Source: Campylobacteraceae bacterium
Lineage (GTDB): Bacteria; Campylobacterota; Campylobacteria; Campylobacterales; BB28
Direction of reading: 5' to 3'
Assembly: GCA_016744535.1 (NCBI GenBank)
Contig: JADGEE010000003.1
Span: 4,328 to 68,327 of the forward strand
DNA length: 64,000 nucleotides
This document shows positions 49,186-59,343 of this stretch, one piece after another (the stretch's first letter is position 1; each line of letters begins with the position of its first letter). The notes below the pieces were generated by a model. The model saw only the letters and a program-made list of their open reading frames with translations, was not told where the DNA came from and searched no databases. Both the position numbers and the translations under genes were made by a program.

Positions 49186-52100
49186 ATGAAAAATATATTT
49201 TTAAAAATTATAGTATTAATTCTATTTTTTTTAGTAACTTTTGTAAATGCAGATATAAATATATCTCAAAAAGCCCACGCTGGAGTAATGCAATTTAATG
49301 GAACAAGTTATATTATAGCTTCAGAACCAAATTTAACAACATATAATACATTTACTTCTGAAGCTTGGTTTCAACCAAGTTATATGTTAGATGGAACTAA
49401 TTATGATTTAGTTAGAGTAGATGATCAATTAATTAGAATTTCTTATTCTGGAGGATCATATTATTTACTTGTTGGTATCGGCTCTGGTTTAGGATATGAA
49501 GAGTTTACTACAGATATTTCATCAATTTTTGAAATAAATAATTGGAATCATGTAACTATGACTTATGATGGTGATTTTATTAGAGGATATATAAACGGTG
49601 AAGAAGTTATAAATTCTAATAAAACTAATGATGGAAACTTAATAAATGGAGATAATGATAATAACTTAACCATAGGAATCTCTACAACCACAACATATGG
49701 ATATGTAAATCTGTTTAAAGGTTTAATGGATGAAGTTAGAGTTTGGAATATAGCTAGAAGCTCAACAGAAATTAATTCAACAATGAATAAACAATTAGAT
49801 GGAAATGAGAGTGGATTAGTAGCATATTATAATTTTGATGAAGTTGTTGGAAATATTGTAATAGATATTGCTAATAGTGATTATAATGGAACAATTGAAG
49901 GAAATGGCACAAGACTTAATTTTTTAGGAGATGGTCTTAATTTTGATGGAGATGATGATTATGTAAATATTAATGATGATAATTCTACAAATACTCATTT
50001 ATATGCTTTAGATGGAAATATTACACTTAGTAGTTGGATTAAAATAGATGGACTTCATAGTACAACTTATTCAGAAGTTATAAGTAGATATGGAACTAGC
50101 AATGGATATATTTTAAGAGTAAAGAATAGTAGTGGTATTATCCAAATGGTAAATAAAAATGCAGATACAGAACATAATATATCTAGTACAAAAGCTATTA
50201 CCGATAATCTATGGCACTATATAGTAGCCACTTATGATGGGAGTTACCAAAGATTATACATTGATGGGATTGAAAATAATTCTACTTATGTTGGTGCTAA
50301 CGCCATTGGTGCTTCTGCTGGTACATTAACTTTTGGTGCTACAAGCACATTAGTTAGTGAATTAAAAGGAAATATAGCAGAAACTTCAATTTGGAATAGA
50401 GCTTTAAGTGAGAGAGAAATTAATAAGTATATGTATATTTCATTAGATGGAAATGAGAGTGGATTATTAGGTTACTGGTCACTAAATGAAGGCGATGGTA
50501 ATATAACTTATGATAGAAGTTCTTATGCTAATGAAGGAAATATAAGTGGTGCAGAGTGGAACACCACAGCCCCAATAATTTATGGAAATAATTTATATAC
50601 GCAAGGATTATCTACTAAAATAGTTAAATTAAATGTAGAAAATAATATAACAGAAGCAATACTAGCTGACCCTTTAACTCCTGCAAATGGAAGTGTAGAT
50701 TTTAACTCTTCATTTGCTACATATAGTTATATTCCAACTGATTATATAGATGATACTTTTATAATTAATGCAAATGATACTTCAACAGAAGCAAATTTAA
50801 CCATTAATATTAAAAAAAGAAATATGTATGGTCTAATAGATACAAATGAATCAGTAAATTTTGGATTAACTGATGTAGCTGTTACAAAAACTTTGACTAT
50901 TAATAATTTAAATTTAGGTGATTTAATAATAGATAATGTCTATCTTACAAATAGTTTTAATTCAACTTTTGAAATAGTTAATAATTGTAGCACTGCTTTA
51001 TCAGCAAATACAAGTTGTGATATTAATATAACTTACACTCCTCAAATAAATGATTTTAGAGCAACTACATTACAAATAGAATCAAATGATGCTTTTGATT
51101 CTAATAAAAATATTATGATTTATGGTTATGGACAGGGTTTTGGAGAGATAAAAGGAAATGCTAACCACTCCTTAGCAGTTAAAAGAGACAATACTCTTTG
51201 GGCTTGGGGAAATAATTTAGAAGGACAACTTGGAGATGGAACTAATACAGATAGCAATACACCTATTCAAATATTAACAGATGTAATATCAGTAGATGGA
51301 TATGACCATACTCTAGCACTTAAAAAAGATGGAACTCTTTGGGCTTGGGGAAATAACACTTACGGACAACTTGGAGATGAAAATGATACAAATTTAAATA
51401 CACCAACTCAAATATCATTAAATAATATAGTAAAATTGGAAACTGGTGGTAATCACAGTATGGTATTAGATAGTAATGGAAAAGTTTGGAGTTGGGGATA
51501 TAATGCAAATGGAGAACTTGGAGATGGAAATAATACAGATTTAAATATACCAACTAAAATATCTTCATTAACAGATATAGTTTCAATTTCAGCAGGTGGC
51601 AATCATAATTTAGCCCTAAAAAATGATGGTAGTGTATGGAGTTGGGGAAAAAATCATAAGGGGCAATTAGGAGATAATTCAATTGTAAATAATTCTACAC
51701 CAACTAAAATATCCTCACTAAGTAATATAATTTATATATCTGCTGGAAATGCTCATAATTTTGCAATAAAAAATGATGGAACGATTTGGGGATGGGGATA
51801 TAATGGAGTTGGAGCATTAGGTGACGGAACTAATACAGATAGATATGCACCAACTCAAATCACTTCATTAACTGATATCTTATTCATTGAGAGTGGAGGT
51901 GACCATACTTTAGCGTTAGATAGTAATAACATTCTTTGGAGTTCAGGATATAATGTATCAGGGCAACTTGGTGACGGAAATAATACAGATAAAAATACCT
52001 TTACTCAAATATCTTCACTAAGTGATATAAAGATAGTAATTGGAGGAGATAAAGATACTTTAGCAGTAGATAATAATGGAAGTGTCTGGAGTTTTGGGGA

Positions 52101-55100
52101 TAACACTTATGGACAATTAGGAGATGAAACTATTATAAATAAAAATACTCCAACTGATATAAATTTTAATTTATATACAACGAATATACAATTTAATTTA
52201 ACAAATATAAATTTAAGTGAACATAATATTACTTCTATTAAAATTTATGGAGTTGATGATAATAGTGAAGAGTTTAATTTAACAAACTTAATAGATGGTG
52301 ATAATAATTTTACGACTTTAATTTATAATTTTGATAATAATTACTCAATTGAATTAAATGTTAGTGTTAATACAATTGAGACTAATTGGTATTATAATTT
52401 TAATGACGGACTATTATATCCTGATAATAATTTAAGTGATGAGTTTAAAAATCAGTTAAATATTACAAATAATCTGTTTTTAATTGATACTAATTCAATA
52501 AATTGGAATATTCCAAATATAATATATACTGGAGAAGAGTATACATTAACAAAAGATATTATTCATAATAATAATTTAACAATTGAAGCAAATGCTACAC
52601 TTTATACAGATGATTATAATTTAACGATAGATGGTGATTTAATTTTATATGGAAGCATAATTAGTAGTTCTAATATTACAGTAAAAGGAGATACCTATAT
52701 ATGGTTAGGAGAATCTGCTAACTCATCAATTAATGATGAATTAATACTAAATGGAGATTTAACTTTTTCATCAGTAACTGGAGATAGTAGATTTTATCAA
52801 CCTTTTATTAATAAACTTAGTTTAAATAGTAGTAGTTCTCAAAATATTTATATGGATAGTATTTCTTGGCAATATTATTTTAACTCAATAGAGTTAAATA
52901 ATACTAATGAAGTAAATTTTTATCTTAATAATTATAATGGAATAGATGTAAGTGGAAGTTTTACACAAAATTCAACTCCAATAAATATTTATAGCAATGG
53001 AACTTTAATATCTACAACTCCTAGTTTTGAATATTTTTATTTTTATGATACCGAAAATTATCAATTTAATACAGTCCCTTATATCGAAACATTATTTATT
53101 GATAATACGCAAATAATAGATTTTAATTTTACTGCAAATAATATTGTTATGTCTTATAATTATGATATAAATTCAACAGGAGAGATAAGTTCAACTCCGC
53201 CAGATATAACTAATTTAATAACAGCAGAATCCACTTATAATACTTTAAAATATTTTATTGATGTAACATCAGATAGTGGTTATGATTTAAATTTAATAAC
53301 TTTACCAAATTATAATATATATTATATAAGTTTTAATAATTTAAAAGGTGAAATAAAAAATTTAACATCAACACTAAGTGGTGTATCTTTTTATAATACA
53401 AATGAGATAAATATATCAAATTCAAATTTTACTTTGGAATATATGAATATTGATTCTTATTCAAAAATAAATTTAATTGATTCGGATATTAATATAAATA
53501 GTTCACTATATGTATATGATTCAAACATTAGTTTAACAAATTCTGATTTATTTACAAATTATCTGTCTATGAGTGGTGAATCAAATTATACAAAAGATAG
53601 TACAAGTTCATTTAGTTTTATAAATTCAGATACAAGTTTAATATCAGATATTATTGAAAGTTCACCAACACCTACACCTACAGCAACTTCAAGTGTAAAT
53701 GTAACCCCCTATGTAGAATCAGAGTCAGAATCAGTTGTTGAAGAAATAACAACTGATAGTTTTAGTGAAGATAGTGGAGTAACACTTGAAATTAGCGAAG
53801 ATGGAAGTACAAATTTTAATGTAACTAGCGTAAGTGAAAGTGGTGAAGTAGTTGAAACACAAACAGAACTTCCATCAGGAACAGAAATTAGTATAAATGA
53901 AGCAGGAGAAATTGAGCAAAGTTTTGTAAGTGAAGATGGAACAGAAATAAAATTAACAACATCACAAACAGGAAAAGTAACACTAAAAGTAACAACAGCA
54001 AATGGAGAAGAGGTGAGCTTTGAAGCCCCAGCTGGGACGAAACTAAAAATAGCGGAAGATGGAAGTTCAAAACAAGATTACTCCACAAAAGATTCAAAAA
54101 CAGAATTAAAAATAAGTGCAACTGGAGAGAGTGAATTAAATTTAAAATCAGAAGATGGAAACAAAGTAGAGTTAAAAAGCGAATTAGCTGGAAAAACGGA
54201 GTTAAAAGAGAGTGGAGGCTTTAAACAGAGTTTTGAAACTGGAGATAATAAAATATCAATTGAGGGTTCTAAACAAGCAAACTCACAAGCGGTTATAGAG
54301 TTACCAAATTTAAAATTAACACTAACACCTCCTAAAAATGGAAAAGTATCCGTTAAAAAAGATGGAAGTGTATCAATAGCAAATGACACAATAACTTCAA
54401 TTGGAACAGTGAAAAGTGAAATGAGGGTAAATCCAGATACAGGAGATGCTTCAGTAGAGGTTAATATTCAAAGTAATCAAAGAGGAGTAGTCCCTAAAAA
54501 AATATTTTATTCAACTAGAAAAGATATATCAAATATAAAATTAGAAGTGATTTTAGATGAGCGAAAAGCTAAATCAAGAGCATTTAATAGCTCAAAAAGT
54601 AAAACAGGAAAAATAAAAGCAGTTTTTTCAACAAGAAAAAGCTTTAATTTTAAGGAAAATATATCAAGGGAAGTTAGTAATAGCTCATTAGGAGTTACAC
54701 CTTTGAGTGATGCAGAGTTTGAAGAAAATTTATATTTTGATAATTCACAAGAGTTGAAATTGAAATCAGGAAGTGCAAATATAAAAGGATTTTTTAGCAC
54801 TAGAGGAAGTTTTTCAAATAAGAGAAAAACCACAAATACGGATTTGATTAATAATAGAGATTTTAGTATGAAATCAAATAGTGCTATTATGAGTGAAAAT
54901 AATATTATAGCAACTCTAAATGAGGGTAATTTAAAAACTGATTTACAAGCAAATTCAAATGGTGATTTAAACATTAATATCACTAATTTTACAAATACAA
55001 AAAGAGGTTTAAAAACAACAGCGAAAAAACTATTTTATTCAGTTAGAAAAGATTTTTCAAATGTGAAAGTAGAAATTATAGAAAATTCAAATCAAAGAGG

Positions 55101-56178
55101 ATTTAAATCACCTAAAATTAAAACACTTTTTTCAACAAGAGAAAGCTTTAATTTTAAATCCTCAAATTTAAGAACAGTAGATGAAATAGAGATAATTCCA
55201 GTAGATGAAAACACAACATTTACTGAAAATATATTAGAAGATGGAAGTAGATATATAGAGTTAATTTCAGGTACAGCTAGTATTAATAGTGAAACTATGA
55301 TTTTAAATAAAAGTTATGAACTTCCTGCACTAGAATTAATTGAAGTGGTAGAAGATTTAATTATAAATCAAGAGGTAAAATTAGAGTTACAAAAAGAGTG
55401 GAATTTAATTTCAACTCCAATATCAGAAGATATTAGTGATAAATTTATATTTCAAGATTATGATTTAATTTGGAATTTTAAAGATAATAATTGGGTTAAG
55501 AATCCAAGCATTTTATATTATGAAGATGGATATTGGATAAAAACAGATAGCGAAAATAATATAACTTTTAAAGGTAGTAGTTATACTCCTAACTTAAAAA
55601 GAGTTGTTTCAACTTGGGCATTAGTTGGAACTGGAACAGAAATTAATGATATAAATAATTTAATAAGTGAAGAAAAAATTAAAGAAATTTATCAATTTAA
55701 AGATAATAAATGGTTAAAGTCAAATGATATTAATTCACTAAATATTGGTGATGGTTTTTGGATAAAAAAGATACCAGCAGATTTTATATTTAATATCAAA
55801 GAGGGTTGGAATTTACTATCACTTCCAACAAAAGAGATAATTTCAAATATGTCTATTTTTGGTGACTATGAAGAGATATTAATTTATGATAATAAAGAGT
55901 GGATTAAAAATCCAAACCAAATAAAGCCAATGCAGGGGTTTTGGATAAACTCTAATGAAAACATATCACTTGCTTTTTACGGAGAGGGATATAATATTGA
56001 TATCAACTCTTTAAGTATTGGTTGGTCGCTTGTGGGCGGAAATATTAATTTTGAAAATTTAAAATTTTCTGAAATTAAATCAATATTACTATTTAAAAAT
56101 GATAAATGGACTACGGTTGATTCTTTTAAAAATATTGATTTAATTAAAAAATCTGATGGTTTTTGGATTTTAAAATAA
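49186..56178 (+). CDS. giant surface protein (2x LamG, 7-blade RCC1 propeller, Asn-rich region, shared tail)
   Basis: 2330 aa with a signal peptide. It has two LamG/ConA-like units (...GLMDEVRVWNIARS; ...GNIAETSIWNRALS) and seven RCC1 repeats ([WG]G.N..G[QEA]LGD). Its tail matches that of the preceding ORF. Confidence 0.85.
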   Translation: MKNIFLKIIVLILFFLVTFVNADINISQKAHAGVMQFNGTSYIIASEPNLTTYNTFTSEAWFQPSYMLDGTNYDLVRVDDQLIRISYSGGSYYLLVGIGSGLGYEEFTTDISSIFEINNWNHVTMTYDGDFIRGYINGEEVINSNKTNDGNLINGDNDNNLTIGISTTTTYGYVNLFKGLMDEVRVWNIARSSTEINSTMNKQLDGNESGLVAYYNFDEVVGNIVIDIANSDYNGTIEGNGTRLNFLGDGLNFDGDDDYVNINDDNSTNTHLYALDGNITLSSWIKIDGLHSTTYSEVISRYGTSNGYILRVKNSSGIIQMVNKNADTEHNISSTKAITDNLWHYIVATYDGSYQRLYIDGIENNSTYVGANAIGASAGTLTFGATSTLVSELKGNIAETSIWNRALSEREINKYMYISLDGNESGLLGYWSLNEGDGNITYDRSSYANEGNISGAEWNTTAPIIYGNNLYTQGLSTKIVKLNVENNITEAILADPLTPANGSVDFNSSFATYSYIPTDYIDDTFIINANDTSTEANLTINIKKRNMYGLIDTNESVNFGLTDVAVTKTLTINNLNLGDLIIDNVYLTNSFNSTFEIVNNCSTALSANTSCDINITYTPQINDFRATTLQIESNDAFDSNKNIMIYGYGQGFGEIKGNANHSLAVKRDNTLWAWGNNLEGQLGDGTNTDSNTPIQILTDVISVDGYDHTLALKKDGTLWAWGNNTYGQLGDENDTNLNTPTQISLNNIVKLETGGNHSMVLDSNGKVWSWGYNANGELGDGNNTDLNIPTKISSLTDIVSISAGGNHNLALKNDGSVWSWGKNHKGQLGDNSIVNNSTPTKISSLSNIIYISAGNAHNFAIKNDGTIWGWGYNGVGALGDGTNTDRYAPTQITSLTDILFIESGGDHTLALDSNNILWSSGYNVSGQLGDGNNTDKNTFTQISSLSDIKIVIGGDKDTLAVDNNGSVWSFGDNTYGQLGDETIINKNTPTDINFNLYTTNIQFNLTNINLSEHNITSIKIYGVDDNSEEFNLTNLIDGDNNFTTLIYNFDNNYSIELNVSVNTIETNWYYNFNDGLLYPDNNLSDEFKNQLNITNNLFLIDTNSINWNIPNIIYTGEEYTLTKDIIHNNNLTIEANATLYTDDYNLTIDGDLILYGSIISSSNITVKGDTYIWLGESANSSINDELILNGDLTFSSVTGDSRFYQPFINKLSLNSSSSQNIYMDSISWQYYFNSIELNNTNEVNFYLNNYNGIDVSGSFTQNSTPINIYSNGTLISTTPSFEYFYFYDTENYQFNTVPYIETLFIDNTQIIDFNFTANNIVMSYNYDINSTGEISSTPPDITNLITAESTYNTLKYFIDVTSDSGYDLNLITLPNYNIYYISFNNLKGEIKNLTSTLSGVSFYNTNEINISNSNFTLEYMNIDSYSKINLIDSDININSSLYVYDSNISLTNSDLFTNYLSMSGESNYTKDSTSSFSFINSDTSLISDIIESSPTPTPTATSSVNVTPYVESESESVVEEITTDSFSEDSGVTLEISEDGSTNFNVTSVSESGEVVETQTELPSGTEISINEAGEIEQSFVSEDGTEIKLTTSQTGKVTLKVTTANGEEVSFEAPAGTKLKIAEDGSSKQDYSTKDSKTELKISATGESELNLKSEDGNKVELKSELAGKTELKESGGFKQSFETGDNKISIEGSKQANSQAVIELPNLKLTLTPPKNGKVSVKKDGSVSIANDTITSIGTVKSEMRVNPDTGDASVEVNIQSNQRGVVPKKIFYSTRKDISNIKLEVILDERKAKSRAFNSSKSKTGKIKAVFSTRKSFNFKENISREVSNSSLGVTPLSDAEFEENLYFDNSQELKLKSGSANIKGFFSTRGSFSNKRKTTNTDLINNRDFSMKSNSAIMSENNIIATLNEGNLKTDLQANSNGDLNINITNFTNTKRGLKTTAKKLFYSVRKDFSNVKVEIIENSNQRGFKSPKIKTLFSTRESFNFKSSNLRTVDEIEIIPVDENTTFTENILEDGSRYIELISGTASINSETMILNKSYELPALELIEVVEDLIINQEVKLELQKEWNLISTPISEDISDKFIFQDYDLIWNFKDNNWVKNPSILYYEDGYWIKTDSENNITFKGSSYTPNLKRVVSTWALVGTGTEINDINNLISEEKIKEIYQFKDNKWLKSNDINSLNIGDGFWIKKIPADFIFNIKEGWNLLSLPTKEIISNMSIFGDYEEILIYDNKEWIKNPNQIKPMQGFWINSNENISLAFYGEGYNIDINSLSIGWSLVGGNINFENLKFSEIKSILLFKNDKWTTVDSFKNIDLIKKSDGFWILK
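51140..52160 (+). other. seven RCC1-like beta-propeller blades inside the 2330-aa ORF
   Basis: The motifs EGQLGDG, YGQLGDE, NGELGDG, KGQLGDN, VGALGDG, SGQLGDG and YGQLGDE recur at ~50-aa spacing. Each is preceded by a [LV]W[AS]WG-like motif. Confidence 0.8.
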
Positions 56179-56193
56179 AATAAATTTAAATAA
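53707..56193 (+). repeat. copy 2 of a 2,487-bp direct repeat
   Basis: See copy 1. The left boundary is ccctatgtagaatc and the right boundary is ...taaaataaatttaaataa. Confidence 0.9.
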
Positions 56194-56211
56194 ATTGTAA
56201 AAAGGTTATTA

Positions 56212-58401
56212 ATGAAAAGATTTTTTGTTACTTTATTTAGTTCTATTATGATAGTAATGCTGATGCTTGGTGCGTACATATATCTACCTTTATATTTTGA
56301 AACTTTTGATAATAAGATAAGAGATACATATTTTGTAGTTAGAGGTGAGAGACCTACAAGTGAAGATATTATAATAGTTGATATTGATGAGAAAAGTTTA
56401 GCTGAATTAGGACAATGGCCTTGGGAGAGAGTTAAAGTTGCACAAGTAATAGAAAATTTAACTGAAGCTGGAGTTGGAATCATTGGATTTGATATTGTTT
56501 TTGCTGAAGCTGATAATAGTTCTCCTAAAAAAGTGGCTGATTTTATTGGTCTTGATTTAGAACAAGTGCCTGAGATGAACATTGATTATGATGAAATTTT
56601 AGCTGAAAGTGTTGCTAATACTCCAACAATTTTAGGTTATATTTTTGATATAGCTCAAAATAATACTAAAAATGAAGATATATTTATAAATCTTCCTGCA
56701 ATTTATATTGAAAAAAACTTAATGAGTGACACTATGATTAATCCAACTCGAGCAATTTTAAATGTAGATGTACTTCAAGATGCAAGTTACTCAACTGGTT
56801 ATTTTAATGCTCAACCTGACGGAGATGGTGTTGTTAGAAGTGTTCCTCTACTTATGAAATTTAATGATGATATCTATCCTGCATTATCATTTGAAATGGT
56901 TAGAATTTTATTAGATGAATCTAAAGTTATTATTAATCATAATGAAATTGGAGTTGAGAGTATAGAGATGGGTGAAAAAATTATTCCAGTTGATAGATAC
57001 TCAAGACTTTTAATTAATTATAAAGGACCTGGAAAAAGTTATAAATATCTATCTATGAGTGATATTTATAATAAAAATTTTGAGCCTAAAGATGTTGAGG
57101 GGAAATTCGTATTAATTGGAACATCAGCACAAGGTCTTTTGGATTTAAGAACTACTCCATTTGATAGTGTTTATCCAGGTGTTGAAGTTCACGCAACTGC
57201 AATTGATAATATATTAAATGGAGATTTTATATCACGACCTAATTGGGCAGAAGAGGTAGATATGTTCTCTATTATAGGAATTGGTATAATTCTTGCAATT
57301 CTACTTTCAATTGCTTCACCTGTTTGGATGTTTATTATAGCTTCAATTTCCGTTATAGGAATTGTAGGGGCTAACTACTATCTATTTGTAGAAGAGGGTT
57401 ATATTATAAATATTATTTTTCCTATTTTAACAGCAATATCTGTAATTTTTATATCTAATATTATTAGTTACTTTTTAGAATCAAAACAGAAAGAGATGAT
57501 TAAAGGTAAATTTGCATCTAAAGTCTCACCTGCTGTTATGGAAGACTTAATTAAACAAGGTAATACAGATGTATTTGAAGGCAATGAACGAGATGTTACA
57601 GTCTTTTTCTCTGATGTTAGAGGATTTACAAATATCTCTGAAGCTATGAAAGAAGGAGCTAAAACACCAGGTGAGGGAGCTAAGAATTTAATTAATTTTT
57701 TAAATGAATATATGGATCCTATGACAGAAATTATTATAGATGAAGAGGGAACTATTGATAAATTTATAGGTGATGCTATTATGGCTTATTGGAATGCTCC
57801 AAATGATGTTAAAAATCATCCAGATAAAGCCCTATCAGCTGCTATTAGACAAATTGAAGGATTAATACCTTTAAATAAAAGCTTAAGTGCTAAAAATAAA
57901 CCATTTATTGATATTGGAATTGGTCTCAATACTGGTCCAGTTGTTGTTGGAGAGATGGGTTCAAAAGGGCGTTCTGATTATACAGTTATTGGAGATGCTA
58001 TTAATTTAGGAGCTAGGCTTGAATCTCTTTGTAAAGGTTATGGAGCTAGGATAATAATTTCAGAATATATGAAAGTTCTACTTAAAAAAGAGTATATTAT
58101 TAGAGATTTAGATTTAGTTAAAGTAAAAGGTAAATCTGAACCTGTTGAAATTTTTGAAGTTTATGGATTTGGATATGCGGAGGGAAGACTTAAAGAAGAG
58201 TTAGATAAATTCAATAAAGCAGTTCACTTATATAGAAATTCAAACTTTAAAGAAGCTTTAGAGATTTTTAGTAATATTAATACTTGGGAAGATAAAGCTA
58301 ATAAGAAAATTTATGATACTTATATCTTTAGATGTGAGCATTATATAAGTGAGCCTCCAACTGATTTTGATGGTGTTTGGACTCATACTACTAAGGGATA
58401 A
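56212..58401 (+). CDS. CHASE2-sensor class III adenylate/guanylate cyclase
   Basis: It has an N-terminal TM helix plus a CHASE2 domain (IIIVDIDEKSLAELGQWPWER) and three or four TM helices. Cyclase motifs are VTVFFSDVRGFTNISE, FIGDAIMAYWNAP and GDAINLGARLESL. It ends in a TPR-like tail. Confidence 0.85.
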   Translation: MKRFFVTLFSSIMIVMLMLGAYIYLPLYFETFDNKIRDTYFVVRGERPTSEDIIIVDIDEKSLAELGQWPWERVKVAQVIENLTEAGVGIIGFDIVFAEADNSSPKKVADFIGLDLEQVPEMNIDYDEILAESVANTPTILGYIFDIAQNNTKNEDIFINLPAIYIEKNLMSDTMINPTRAILNVDVLQDASYSTGYFNAQPDGDGVVRSVPLLMKFNDDIYPALSFEMVRILLDESKVIINHNEIGVESIEMGEKIIPVDRYSRLLINYKGPGKSYKYLSMSDIYNKNFEPKDVEGKFVLIGTSAQGLLDLRTTPFDSVYPGVEVHATAIDNILNGDFISRPNWAEEVDMFSIIGIGIILAILLSIASPVWMFIIASISVIGIVGANYYLFVEEGYIINIIFPILTAISVIFISNIISYFLESKQKEMIKGKFASKVSPAVMEDLIKQGNTDVFEGNERDVTVFFSDVRGFTNISEAMKEGAKTPGEGAKNLINFLNEYMDPMTEIIIDEEGTIDKFIGDAIMAYWNAPNDVKNHPDKALSAAIRQIEGLIPLNKSLSAKNKPFIDIGIGLNTGPVVVGEMGSKGRSDYTVIGDAINLGARLESLCKGYGARIIISEYMKVLLKKEYIIRDLDLVKVKGKSEPVEIFEVYGFGYAEGRLKEELDKFNKAVHLYRNSNFKEALEIFSNINTWEDKANKKIYDTYIFRCEHYISEPPTDFDGVWTHTTKG

Positions 58402-58450
58402 AATTTAAATTTTTCTCTCTAACTAGCCATAACTACGCACTTTTTTTTAA

Positions 58451-58466
58451 TGGAACATTTATTGCT
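58451..58466 (+). promoter_or_regulatory. sigma54 promoter of flgF-flgG
   Basis: It reads TGGAACatttaTTGCtt with exact GG-N10-GC spacing, 38 nt upstream of the ATG at 58503. Confidence 0.7.
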
Positions 58467-58502
58467 TTATACTGTTTTAATAAATTCCTATAAAGGAAAT
58501 AG

Positions 58503-59333
58503 ATGCAAACAGGGTTTTATGATGCAGCTGGGGGTATGGTTGCACAATTTAATAGGTTAAATGTAATTTCAAATAATTTAGCCAATATGAATACCAACGC
58601 TTTTAAACGAGATGATGTAATAGTTGGTGATTTTGTTAGAATGTTAAAAGAGGCTCGTGATGATTTACCAATCGATAATCATACAAAAGATGGTTCTAAA
58701 TTTTTAAATAGGTCAATAACAAAGACTCCGCACATTACAGAAGGTTTTACAGATTTTCAGTTAGGAGGTTTTGCTAAAACTGATAACTCGTTAGATTTTG
58801 CCTTAAATAAAGAGAATTTGTTCTTTTTAGTTTTAACACCTAGTGGAGTTAAACTTACAAAAGATGGAAGTTTTAATATTGATGATGAGGGTAGAGTTGT
58901 AACTAAAGATGGTTTTCCTATATTATCAAATGAATATGCAAATGGTGCTAAAGCTGAAGATAGTTTTATTGAAGTACCTTCTAACACTACAATCACTGCT
59001 GATAAAGATGGGGTTTTACACTCTGTTGATACAAATGGCAATACCGTTCCAATGTATAGATTTTATTTAGGAAAAGTTGAAAATATAAACTCTTTAGAAA
59101 AAGAGGGAAATAACTCTTATAGACTAGATAGAATGAGTGATTTGCAAATGGTAGAAAATAGTGGTGGATTACTTCAAGGTTATGTGGAAAAAAGTAATAT
59201 AAATCCTGTTTTAGAAATGACATCTCTAATCGAAACACAAAGACTTGTAGAGATGCAACAAAAAGTTATGAAAACGCATATGGATGACCTTAACAGTGAT
59301 GCTATTAATAAACTTGCTAAAAGTAAAAGTTAA
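58503..59333 (+). CDS. flgF: flagellar basal-body rod protein FlgF (FlgG2-like)
   Basis: It has a rod-protein N-terminus (FYDAAGGMVAQFNRLNVISNNLANMNTNAFKRD) and a conserved C-terminus (GYVEKSNINPVLEMTSLI). Confidence 0.8.
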   Translation: MQTGFYDAAGGMVAQFNRLNVISNNLANMNTNAFKRDDVIVGDFVRMLKEARDDLPIDNHTKDGSKFLNRSITKTPHITEGFTDFQLGGFAKTDNSLDFALNKENLFFLVLTPSGVKLTKDGSFNIDDEGRVVTKDGFPILSNEYANGAKAEDSFIEVPSNTTITADKDGVLHSVDTNGNTVPMYRFYLGKVENINSLEKEGNNSYRLDRMSDLQMVENSGGLLQGYVEKSNINPVLEMTSLIETQRLVEMQQKVMKTHMDDLNSDAINKLAKSKS

Positions 59334-59343
59334 AGGATAAGCG

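Noticed and set aside
46682-56193. Whether the 2.5-kb direct repeats mark a transposon or IS-bounded composite element.
   Set aside because: There is no transposase, integrase or terminal inverted repeat. Both copies are in-frame coding sequence of surface proteins. An assembly artefact cannot be excluded from sequence alone.
55977-56582. 201-aa minus-strand ORF spanning the end of the giant gene and the start of the cyclase gene.
   Set aside because: It is antisense to two well-supported plus-strand genes. It has no motif or RBS, and its composition is typical of a reverse-frame artefact in AT-rich DNA.
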